DNA of 64,000 bases from Octopus sinensis (lineage: Eukaryota). The stretch spans positions 141,050,001 through 141,114,000 of the forward strand of contig NC_042997.1 of the NCBI RefSeq assembly GCF_006345805.1, given 5' to 3'. The notes beneath the pieces are model-generated. The model had not been told where the DNA came from and made no database searches. It saw nothing but the letters and a program-made list of their open reading frames with translations. Below, piece by piece: positions 37,560-48,880 of the stretch. A program made the position numbers and the translations under genes. Numbering within the stretch: the first letter of the stretch is position 1; every line of letters begins with the position of its first letter.

Positions 37560-40220
37560 AGCAAGTAAGAAGACAGAGAATGAAACGGAAAGGGGAAAAT
37601 CTAAAACAAGTTAATGTAATTTGACGAAGACGAGCGTGTGAACGTCTTTCACAAAAACAGTCACAATGTATTTTGACTCAAAATACTGTGCAACATAGAT
37701 AAGTACGAGAACAGCTTTCTCATGAACAGTGTAAGCATATTTTAAACAAGATACTGCGCAACATAGACAAGTACAAGAACAACTCTCAAAGACAGCAAAG
37801 TCGCATTTTGGCTCAATGTTGAATATGATTGAGAATCAAAGCAACAACCTTCCCTAGAGCAGTGAAAAGGTATCTTAACACAGAATGTTGAATAACATAG
37901 AGAATCAGGACAACTTTCCCAAGAACAATTTGAAGAGATTTTAGAAAGAAAATGTTGAACAACCTCGTTAAGCACACCAGCAACTTCCCCCCAAATAATC
38001 GGAGCAGCTAATATCTTAGAAGGTAATTAACTGTCAAAACATAAGAATATTAAATGTTGCAAAACAGCATGATATAGACTCATTGCTAACAGTAACTGTC
38101 AGTGTAAGCCGTCGTTGTTGTGACTTAGTAGACACGAGGTACCTTTATTGTAATGAAATAATATTCATGGCAGCACATTCTTTAGGAACATTGATTTATC
38201 CTGATTTTGCTATTTACTGTAAATCTGGATTAATCCGTATTCCAGATGTACCAAATTACATTAAACTATATCCATTATTCATAATTAATTCACTAATATA
38301 TTTGAGAAGAAATATTCACAAGCGCAACAGTGCTCAGATCATATGTAGCGTAATAGCAAGCGATGATTCTACAGCTGATCGAGGCCTTTCCGTTTAAAGA
38401 ATTCACAGAAGTGCTTATAGAATTCTTTTTGAAGAAATATTGTTACTGATACGCTATTTTATATTCAAACATTTACAATTCTGTAAAACAAATTCGATAG
38501 TGTATACTACCTATTTCTTTATTATCCACAATGGGCTAAACACAGAGGGGACACACAAGGACAGACAAACGGATTAAGTCGATTACATCGACCCAGTGCG
38601 TAACTGGTACTTATTTAATCGACCCCGAAACGATAAAAGGTAAAGTCGACCTCGGCGAACTTTGAACTCAGAACGTAAAGACAGACGAAATACCGCTAAG
38701 CATTTCGCCTGGCGTGCTAACGATTCTGCCAGCTCGCCGCCTTTCGATAGTATATACTACTGATAATGGAAGAGAAAATCTTGAGGAAATATTGGTAAGC
38801 AATATCTGAAGAGAGAACAACCAGCAAAATCTTCAAATATTTAGTGACTCTCTGCGAGGCTATGGCTTCATGGTGCAGCTATATTTTTCATGCTGACTTA
38901 AATGGATGGTATTTCAGCAAATTAAAACAAAGCAGCAATAGAAAAGTGACACGTCTTCAATTTCATTCTGTTCATATTATGTGGGAAACTGATTTGGATA
39001 ATATATTGAATTATATAAACCTTAATTCAAATACTTTTCTGTAGACGGATGTGCTAAAGTCCAATCTGCTTGCTTGCCGTATATGAGAAACAATCAGTAG
39101 GCTCTAAGAGCAGACCTGCGTGGCATACTTGTCTTGCAGATGTAGGCGATACCAATCACATATTTAAAGGTAGTACGAGATATGTGATAAAGCAACGGAA
39201 AGGTGCAATGGCTATCATAAGGAAATTTGAAAAAAAAACATTATTTGTGAAATTTAGCCGTCTGGAGGCTTTGAGATGATATCGGATGATTTAGGATTTA
39301 ATGAACAATGAGAAATTTTTGGAAGAAAATTGTTACTCCTCGGTGGAGACTTCGGCAATTTCACCCTGTAATCCAAAGAGCTGAACGATTTTCGGTAATT
39401 GATGCATGGATGAAAACGTTTTCCTTTTGGAATTAATGCGACGTTTTGCAGATCCAAACAAATATGTGCGTTCTCAATTGTTAGAACAACGGTGATTTTA
39501 CTGCATTTAGTCGGATAAACCACCATACATACTGGTTCGTGGACTTACAAAAATTAAGAACGTAATTCTTGGTGGGTGAACTATTCTGACAACAAAAACG
39601 GTGAGGTTAATCAACTAACTGATGAAATGAATAAACTTCCTGGAAATGTGATTACCCTAAGATGCGTGGTCAAAGAAAATTAAATTGTTCTTTATCCCAC
39701 AAATGTTTTCCCTTCACTGAATATAGATAATCTTCTTTATCGCATCATCAAAATCAAGATAGGGACTCCAGTAATGCTTCTCCGAAAGTTTAGCTACTGT
39801 TGTCGCCAAATTGCCACTGCAATGATACTCGATATACGCCTCTTCAAACTACAGACCATTTGACTGCTATTGAACTTAGCGGCAACGATGTTGCAAGGGC
39901 CCTAACGATACGTCAGGTCTCTCTTGAACCGTCTGTCCCCGATTTACCAATCACTTTACAAAGGTTGCAATTTCCTATAAAACCTGCTTTTGTTATGTCG
40001 ATAAGAGTGAAAGATTAAGTTTAAAGAGATGCTGATTGTATTTACCGAGTCTAGTGTTTACATAGGGGTTGTAATATGTTTCTTTCAGTAGAATGGGTAA
40101 CCTAACAAACCTCAGAATATTTGCAAATGAAAGCGACGTCAAGTACATAACCAGAAAGACATAACCCAATGATGGATACTGAACATTGACTAGGAGCGTT
40201 GTTTATGAAGAATTCATCTG
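37560..40220 (+). pseudogene. Decayed, internally deleted Helitron RepHel coding region
   Basis: N-terminal ~23-aa repeats; CKSGLIRIPDVP...RNIHKRNSA; FGRKLLLLGGDF (~39320); KIGTPVMLLR (~39760); SLEPSVPDLPITLQRLQFPIKPAF (Pif1-like helicase C-terminus); ends VVYEEFI*. Confidence 0.8.
38511..38742 (-). mobile_element. SINE family 2 monomer inside the Helitron, 18-bp TSD
   Basis: TTCGATAGT(G/A)TATACTAC at 38493-38510 and 38743-38760. Confidence 0.9.
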
Positions 40221-40779
40221 AGTAAATGTAAATATTGTATAATGTATAACATTGAGTTTACAGAATATGAAATAAAATATTTTAAAAATAAATATTTTTA
40301 GTCACACAACATTAAAAGATTATCTATTAAGCTTTCACTGAGAAGAAAACTTAGATTAAATGAATTACCTAATTAAAAATACCTAATATAATATCTGTTT
40401 CTTTCCGAAAATGAAAATAGAAGTAAAGTTAATACGTTTCTAATTCTGTCAATGACTGTTTGTGTTTAAAGTTGATACATTAATTATTAAAGGTAAACTT
40501 TTAAGTAGACAAAATTTAAATTTTGGCTTTTAGCCGTAAGTAAGGCGACAAGTATCAAACAAGTTATTATAAAAGAGAAGCAAGTATTGAACAAATATAA
40601 AACCACTGATGAAAAGTGTAAAAGTAATTAGCAACCATCGACTTTTTATAAAGTCTATCTACTTAGTAACTATATTTCCGGCTGAAGTAATTTTATTTCT
40701 AATCCTTAATATTCTTAAAAGAATGACTGAATGTCACGCAATTATCCTCATTTCTGTCTCTTTGTTTATTGGCCATAAC

Positions 40780-41195
40780 GGAGCTTTTCGCTTTGAACGG
40801 CAGTTTTTAACATAATTTCTAGGTAACTAAAAACTTTTGAACTTCGTATACTGGTAGAATCTGTTTATAAAACATCTTTTTCTCTTGGCTTTATTGAGAA
40901 AATTCTATAGTTTGTAAGATTTTTGTTGTTTTTTTTCTTCAATTTCTGCAATTTCAACCAATCATTGACGACTATTGAGGTAAAAAACATTCTGTGCCGT
41001 ATGAATATGTCCCTCGTTTAAGAAACATATTGGATTTATTTACATTTGTGAAGAAAAAAAGATACCCTTCCCCCCACCTTAACCCTAACCCTAAAACACA
41101 TTGAAATGCAATAGATCGATACTAGGGTCATAATTATGGGTGACAATTTCATATGACACCACTAGGAAAAACTGCCGTTCAAACCGAAAAGATCC
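40780..41195. mobile_element. MITE copy A, ~29-bp TIR GGATCTTTTCGGTTTGAACGGCAGTTTTT, 8-bp TSD
   Basis: TSD GCCATAAC at 40772-40779 and 41196-41203. Confidence 0.9.
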
Positions 41196-42256
41196 GCCAT
41201 AACTCTTGAGGTTTTGTAAGAAAATCAATTTTCATCTCAGTTTAAATAAAGAACGAATCAGATGGATTAAAAAATAGCTGCAGTGTAACGCGAACGCAAG
41301 GCCGAGATCCTAGTTTTTATACAAATTTTCAAACAATTTTCGACTACAAATTTTATCTAAATTGTAATTTGTGCAAGTCTTATGAACTAGTTTCAAAACA
41401 ACCTCAATCTTGATTGTCGGCAAATATCAAATTTACATGCTGTTGGTCACGAAATTTTAAAGAAATCTTAGCCATCTTGACATAGTGATTATCAAATATT
41501 TTATTTTTATCTGTTTCTCCCAACATAAATTTCTTCTTCAGGCAATAAACTAGTAGAACAAACAAAAAGAATTTATTTAAAAAACACGATGCGCAACATT
41601 TTAGTGAAACAAGTCAGCAAAATTGGTTATTAGCTATCAGCCTGGAATTAACTAAACAACATAGTTTTATAGTGAAATGGAAACTGATTTCTGAGATAGA
41701 CGCCTAGATTTAGCTTAAGAGAAAACATGAGTGTGTGACATTTATCAATTTCTCAAGTGCTTTATCCTGCTAGGCGAAGTGGAATAATTTTAATCAGAGA
41801 ACGGAACTGAATAAAGAACTCTTGGAAATTTCACCAAGAGGTATTAAGCAATAATTTTCTTCCAATTTTCAAAGTGTGCAACTCTACATTTCTAAACTGC
41901 AGGTCAGCTTTCGTTTTCAAAGGCTACATAAATATAGTAGTAGGTGCCAAGAAGTGTGATGTTCATGCCTTTCCGAAAAATATTAATAATGCAGGAAAAA
42001 CAGAATAAGCTTAAAGTGGGAATTAAAACGACAGAGAGGTTTTAATATATTAAATCTTGAAGAGGTTTCAATCTATTTTACATCTTTATAATAAATATCT
42101 GTCATCCTAATATGAAATGAGATAGACACCCTCTGTTCAACAAGACGAATACTCGAGATAAGCTTATGTGTTGAGTACCTTTTTCTTTCCTTTGTCCATC
42201 AACCCATATGAGAAGACGTGAAAAAATTGTAAAAAAGTATAGAGGTAAAAATGGTG

Positions 42257-42681
42257 GGATCTTTTCGGTTTGAACGGCAGTTTTAACATAATTTCTAGGT
42301 AACTAAAACATTTTAAACTTCGTATACTGGTAGAATGCGTTTATAAAACATCTTTTTCTCTTGGCTTTATTGAGAAAATTCTATAGTTTGTAAGATTTTT
42401 GTTGTTTTTTTTCTTCAATTTCTGCAATTTCAACCAATCACTGACGTCTATTGAGTTAAAAAGCATTCTGTGCCGTATGAATATGTCCCTCGTTTAAGAA
42501 ACAGATTGGGTTTATTTACATTTGTGAAGAAAAAAAGATACCCTACCCCTAACCATAATCCTAACTAACCCTAACCCTAAAACAGATTGAAATGCAATAG
42601 ATCGATTCTAGGGTCATAATTATGGGTGACAATTTCATATGACACCGCTAGAAAAAACTGCCGTTCAAACCGAAAAGATCC
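42257..42681. mobile_element. MITE copy B, same family, 8-bp TSD
   Basis: AAATGGTG (42249-42256) and AAATAGTG (42682-42689); body collinear with copy A. Confidence 0.9.
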
Positions 42682-43519
42682 AAATAGTGTAATATTGCGT
42701 ACGGGATTCGAACGTTTTGTCAGCTATAGACCACGTGGCTGCAATGAAAACAATACCAAAGTTATATAATGACATTGACCGTCCAAATTGAGAAACTTCA
42801 ACAAAGTAGCTCAGATTACATAACAATGGCATGTCAACGGGAACCACAGTGAACATATTAAGTTATATATGTTTGTGTGTATTCAAGTCTTGTGCCTAAA
42901 ATAGAATGTCACGATGGGATTCTACAAATTTTCTGTACGAAATTTCCACTCACAAATTATTTTGACAAATGAAGGCTACAGTAGCAGGCAACTAACGAAA
43001 AACCCGCGAACTGCGTTCGAGCCCCGGGCATGTATTTCTGGAACTAACTACTTCGCGAGTTTTCGATTGGAATTAGCCGTTTTCTTTTCTTTGTTTTTTT
43101 TTTCAATTTATATTCATCCAACTTTAAATTGTTGAAAGAATAGAAAAACAAATCTCTCTTTTTAACAATACATTCCACAAAACAACTAAATATTGATTTG
43201 AAATGCTGTAAACTAGAATTTAAAGTCGATTTAATGAAGTAACAGCATAAACAATAGCCATATAAAGAAATAAAGAGATTTAATCCCTTACGTTATTGGT
43301 GAAGGGAGGGTGAATTCAGCTGTTTTTGTGTGCATATTAGCTGTGAAAGAAGCACTAGATTATGCGCTTGTTAATTTTTTACGATGTAAATGGAACATTT
43401 TTCTCACACGCCGAAGGCAAGGATTTAAATTCATGTGGAATGAAATAGTTTTTCTAAAAGTATGTGTGTATGTATGTACTATATTTACATTGGAAATACG
43501 TACGTGTGAGCACACATAT

Positions 43520-43920
43520 GTACGTAACAACACACAATTCATGTATATGTATATGTATATATATATATGTTTGTGTGTGTGTGTGTGTGTGTATGTAAAT
43601 GTATATGCATAGCTATATATATATATATACATACAAATATTTGTATATGTATATATACCTGTATACATATATATATATATATGCATGTATATATACAAAT
43701 AATAAGTATATTTATGCATATACTTGTGTGCACGTGTGCGCACCTGTGCGTGCGTCTCTGTGTATGCACCTGCGCCTCTGTAGAAGGATTCATATTTTCC
43801 TTTTGTATTTATGTAATCTATAAAATTTTTTGTCATATTTTTATACAATTTCTTTCATAGACTTAAATTCCCCGTTTACTATTTTGTTGCGAGCGGCTTT
43901 CTGTATACAACGATATATAA

Positions 43921-44005
<85 letters not shown>
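43520..44005. repeat. TA/TG/CA low-complexity tract and (TCTA)n
   Basis: Direct reading. Confidence 0.9.
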
Positions 44006-44006
<1 letters not shown>

Positions 44007-44169
44007 GTTACGTATTTTATCAAATGACTATAGAATATTCACTGTTCTAAAAGTGTATGAGACCCTATGTGTGTGTGTGTTTGTGTGTGTGCGTGTGTCT
44101 ATATGTGTGAATGCATGTATAATACTAGCCCTCACTCGTAAGCAACTATGACCTGAAAACTTTACTGCT

Positions 44170-44420
44170 TTCTATAATGGCCATTACCTATACCGTAGCG
44201 AGCTGACATCGAAACAGCCTCTGCAATTTCTGCCCTTCACCCAACAGAACATCGAAGCTGTGATAATTAGATGGTGAAAGTCTTGTAACAGGTGTCAGCT
44301 GATATTTTCAACTGAGTAGTCGAGAGAAGCATGAAATGATGTACCTTGCTTAATGACACAAGCTACTCGTTCAAGAATGGAACTTATGTCACCATGGCTC
44401 TGAACCCAATACCTTAACCA
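44170..44420 (-). mobile_element. Degenerate SINE family 3
   Basis: CAGCTGA..TTTTCAACTGAGTAGTCGAGAGAAGCATGAAATGATGTACCTTGCTTAATGACACAA resembles 25880-25940. Confidence 0.5.
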
Positions 44421-44960
44421 TCAGGCTAGATATCCCGTCTACGCAATTTGTTTTATGTTTGTAACGAAGGAAATGTACTTAAGGTAAAACCTTGAATAAG
44501 TTTCTTTTATTCAAATTTGAGTAAAGTTCTTAAAACAATCATTTGTGTGGGAAGCCAATACGCAATCACATGACTTTTTTCTGTAGATGCTTAACTCTAG
44601 AGAGATTTAATAGGGAACACTCAGAGCTTGTATGTTGCCAATAGGGGACATATACATTCACTCAGCCACCCCATTCTTGATGCGATGGAATACACCGAAT
44701 GTGATGGCTGAAAAGAGTGAGAGCTATAATAGCATTCGGCTGACATTGACACCACCTGAATAAAATGGAGCAATGTGAAATGTAATGCTCACGGATACAA
44801 CGCCCCACCTAGCCCAGGTATCGAACTCTTTGACCTTCCTATCGTTCAGATATGTATATATATATATTATATATATATATATATAATATATATATATATA
44901 TATGAACACAGGAAAAAATTGAAAAAGGTGACAAACGCTCAGGATGATATTAAAACATAT

Positions 44961-45060
44961 CTTCATATCTTCAACATATGTTTCGAAGGATGCATTCAAA
45001 ATACGTCCGACAGGAAGAATTATGGTCAGCTATGCATCAACTTCATCAGGAAATATATAA
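44961..45060 (-). ncRNA. Putative type I minimal hammerhead ribozyme in a ~290-bp TA-flanked cassette (44903-45190)
   Basis: Minus strand: ATATATTTC-CTGATGA-[58-nt stem II with ATGCAT/ATGCAT and CTGAC/GTCGG pairings]-GAAA-CATATG-TT-GAAGATAT. Intact core, palindromic stem III ACATATGT, GUU triplet, stem I of 7-8 bp with one bulge. Confidence 0.6.
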
Positions 45061-45211
45061 ACAACAACACTCATCAAATAGACATTTTTACAGATATAGG
45101 AAGCCCTAGAACATGTGACGTATTTCCTAGGATTAAGCAACATTTAGCTCCCTTGTAATTACTCCCCTGCATCTCTCCTATGAATTGCACACTCATATAT
45201 ATGTATATATA

Positions 45212-45263
<52 letters not shown>

Positions 45264-45555
45264 GATGTCACTCCATATTCCTCCATCTCATAAAAATGTT
45301 GATTCATGAAATTGTGAAACCGCTTAATTTAACGTATATAAATGAACCTAACACTCAGTATATATTCAACTTCATTTCTTCATATGCGTGTGTGTGCAAG
45401 TGAGTGTGTTTGCGTCTCTGTTTGTGTATTCTATACATATATATATAAATATATGCACATAGGTAGTTACATATGCATAGAAATATGTATGCAATTATAT
45501 GCTGCGTATATATGTATTTTCTATTTGTGTGACCATCTTTCTCTCTCTTTCCTGC

Positions 45556-45636
<81 letters not shown>

Positions 45637-45643
<7 letters not shown>

Positions 45644-45829
45644 TAGTTATCGCCATTCTAATATGGCAGTCTATAAATATAAGACTAAATCTGTCGCTGA
45701 TTAGCTCCAAAAGGCCATCGCCTCTAGCTAGCTGTATGACACACGAACCTGCGTCTTGGAGCTAATCAGCGACAGCTTTAGTCTTATATTTATAGACTGC
45801 CATATTAGTATGGCGATAACTATTAATAT
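45637..45829. mobile_element. Foldback element/MITE: 74-bp arms, 45-nt spacer
   Basis: Arms 45637-45710 and 45756-45829 with 2 mismatches; can be read as TTAA|TAG...CTA|TTAA. Confidence 0.8.
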
Positions 45830-45890
45830 CCAGTAACGCTGCCGTAATCTTCTTTAGAGAGACTTAGTAAATTTAATATTTCTATATATA

Positions 45891-45950
<60 letters not shown>

Positions 45951-46305
45951 CAGGCACGTGCCATCATGACAAAAAATAAGCGAAAAACAACCGTGTGATT
46001 GAGTTGAGGGCAGATTTACTGCTGCCTTTATAGCACGTAAAAAAACGTTGTTGTAGGAATGTACGTTGCACGTGTACTACAGCAGTACTATGCATAGCTT
46101 AAATACTGAGATTCAAAGGCAGGGGCAAATTATGCCTGCGTAATCTACAAAAAAATACTTTCACTTTATGCATAGTAATTAGAGTAACCTTCATAATATT
46201 ATTGAATTAGGTGCATATTTTGCCATAAAAGAAAAATATTGCTATTGATCTATTTCATTCAAGGTAGGCACTGCCTTCCTTGCCTACCCAGGCGGCACAT
46301 GCCTG
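45951..46305. mobile_element. hAT-like MITE inserted in (TA)n
   Basis: TIR CAGGCACGTGCC/GGCACATGCCTG; flanks ATATATAA and ATATATAT. Confidence 0.65.
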
Positions 46306-46321
46306 ATATATATATTTATAG

Positions 46322-47676
46322 GGGTAAAATATGAAAAATCAACGAAAATGCACATTGCAAATAAAAAAGGCTATTTATGACAGGTAACGGCAAATATATA
46401 CATTTAGATTGACTGATGTAGTAATACGAGTCATAAAAGTCATTATTATGAGATGATTATAAGATGATAAGAAAGTAAGAGAACAAAATAGACCATGGTT
46501 TACGCGAAGCTATTCATCGTTTGAACAACACCGGTTGATACACGGTGTCAGGTCTAATAGTTCCCGAGAAAAAAGATTATTTGTAAGGGAGGTAAATAGT
46601 TCTGGATTTTGAGATGTGAGTGGTGTAGGAAGTGTATAGGTGTTAGTGGTTTTAATTGAAGAGTTAGTGGTGTTCTGTATTGAGTTGTGTGTTCATGTTT
46701 AGTTGGGGGAGAAATATATTGATGAAAAATGCCTCTTTATTCAACCTTTGTTGAATTGTGGTGTTCTGTGAACATTGGTAAAAGGGAAATATTTGGAAAT
46801 TGGGATTAAGATTCCTGGCACATCTTTCTATGTGTGCACTCACCTTTAACTGTCTGTATTGTGGGTGACGGATTTGCTCTTTGTGAATGGTGATTCTTTG
46901 ACGGAGCGAAATTCCTGTTTGTCCAATATAGAGTTTACCGCATCCTATGCATGTCATGACATAGATTACATTTACTGAGGCGCAGGTGAAATTTGATTTG
47001 ATCTTAAATATTTCTCCTTGTTTGAATTGAAATTCTGAACCCTCCAGAAGGTGGGGGCATGTCACTTTTGTCACTTTTGGCTCTGTTGTTGGTGGATACA
47101 GTCTAGCGCTGGTTAATATTTTTTCAGTGACTTCGGTTGCTTTTTGCTTTTTATAATTTTATATGAGCTAAAAATTTCGTTCATTGTTTTGTCTGCTGTG
47201 AGGATGGGAAGGTTTTGGGTGATGATGTTGAAGGCTTCGTTGTTTCTGGGGAAATGAACGGGAGTATTTTTTTAAGTCTTGTTTAGTATTTCGGCTAGTT
47301 TTCCTTAACCTTTGTATATCTATTCCCTTAGCTCTTTTGATGCCTTCATTTGCTAATGAGATTGGGTAATGTCTTTTAGTTAGTGTAGATCTAAGTTCAA
47401 AGAGTTTATGTTCTCGAGTGTATGTATCGGAAACTATGGTGCAGATTCTTTTTGCTAGGTTAAAGGGTATGTTGATTTTTATGTGTTTGGGTGGCAGGAG
47501 TTAAATAATAGGTATTGTTTAGAATCTGTGGGTTTATAAAAGATGTCTGTTTCTATGTGGTTGTTAACTATTCTAATCAAGATGTCTAGAAAAGGGAGTT
47601 GCTTACTGTTGTGTTCTATAGTGAATTGTATATTGCTGTGTATGTTTTTGAGCATTCTTTTGAAGTCAAGGAGTTG
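46322..47676 (-). mobile_element. 5'-truncated Penelope-like retroelement (RT thumb, linker, GIY-YIG, 3' pLTR part)
   Basis: NIQFTIEHNSKQLPFLDI...YKPTDSKQYL.FNSCHP; one in-frame stop; truncated at the (TA)n at 47677-47700. Confidence 0.88.
46664..47074 (-). pseudogene. Penelope GIY-YIG endonuclease portion
   Basis: NVIYVMTCIGCGKLYIGQTG.SLRQRITIH...EAFFINIFLPQLN. Confidence 0.9.
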
Positions 47677-47700
47677 ATATATATATATATATATATATAT

Positions 47701-47960
47701 AGCTTTATTTAGCTTTAATTAACACAACAATCGTTTCGGCATTGCTCCTTTGTGGTGAAGCAAGGACACGCGTGGTTTGTATACAAACCACCAGCATCCT
47801 TGCCTCATCAATATGTGTAAACTACTAACAACACAGAATAATATCACTATCTAGCTTCGAGCGAAGTGTAAATCTTATAACTTCTGAAGCCTATTATGTC
47901 CCTTGATGAGGCTCCTTTGCACTGCGAAATGCATCTGATGTCATTACATTTAGTGAGCAA
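47701..47960. mobile_element. pLTR-like segment with two degenerate hammerhead cores on opposite strands
   Basis: Minus strand: TTGATGA (47811-47805)...GAAA (47737-47734). Plus strand: TTGATGA...GAAA-TGCA-TC at ~47903-47936. Confidence 0.4.
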
Positions 47961-48001
47961 TGCAGAAAGCAACCGAAATTATTGTTGTGCTAAATACAGC
48001 T

Positions 48002-48213
48002 TCATTTTGGCCGCCATGGGTTTTGCAGTAAATCACTAAATCATCCATAACTTTTGTATTATCCTCTCAAATTACACCAAAATCTCAGACAATAACAATT
48101 CTTATTGTATTTATTTTCTGTGAAAATTATAGAATATAAAATTACTTTGATAAAAACCTATACTTACTTTTCTGACAAAAACAATGCCGTTCTGAACATT
48201 TTGGCCGCAACTG
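48002..48213. mobile_element. Solo TIR of the 10885-12752 Tc1 family
   Basis: Collinear with 12540-12752; ends GGCCGCAACTG|TA. Confidence 0.9.
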
Positions 48214-48447
48214 TATATAATGAATCCGCTTAGCAGTAGCGGTGCCGATAACCGACTGTTACAATTGAATATACTTATACTTCGCAATAGGATTAAGCTC
48301 CAGCGGCAAGGTAGTGTGAATTGATTGATGTTTCCCACTCGGGTCCCATAAGGTATAGATAGCGCAATATTAATTAATAAATGATTGACTAACAGAACAG
48401 GAATTTTGTAATCATTTTCACTAATTTCTGCTATTAGAGACCGTGCG

Positions 48448-48448
48448 C

Positions 48449-48518
<70 letters not shown>

Positions 48519-48520
48519 AT
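48448..48520. repeat. (GATA)n
   Basis: Direct reading. Confidence 0.95.
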
Positions 48521-48559
48521 GCATAGTTATATGTGTGCTTGATTGCAAATGCAAGTCTG

Positions 48560-48880
48560 AATGAGAAACAGCCACCTACGCTCTCCAAAAGGCTATATAA
48601 AATATACACTGGAATACTGCTCTCAGATCTAAAATGGTTGTTGCTACACATACTATGACATCCAAGACTACTCAAATTATGGACATGAAGTTACAAAAAA
48701 CTCTACTCTGTAGTCTACTGAAGTGCTATTTCTTGTTTGTATCGTTTCTATCTCTACTATATTGGCCTCTGCTCCTTGGAATCGGCTGATCTCTCCTTTG
48801 GTATTATTGACTTATTCATCTCTCATTCATTGTGCGTTCACCCAGCATCCGGCTCCTTACTAATCTTTCCTTCTCAGACG
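48560..48880 (+). pseudogene. Old Jockey-like LINE fragment
   Basis: LEYCSQI and FYLYYIGLCSLESADL resemble the recalled MEYCSHIW / FYRYY.G.CS.ELA.L. Confidence 0.5.

Noticed and set aside
39615-39655. CTGATGA...GAAA on +
   Set aside because: Lies in Helitron helicase coding sequence with no stem II or III pairing.
41285-41313. Helitron 3' end (CTAG at 41310-41313)
   Set aside because: Position is plausible but the upstream hairpin is too weak to call.
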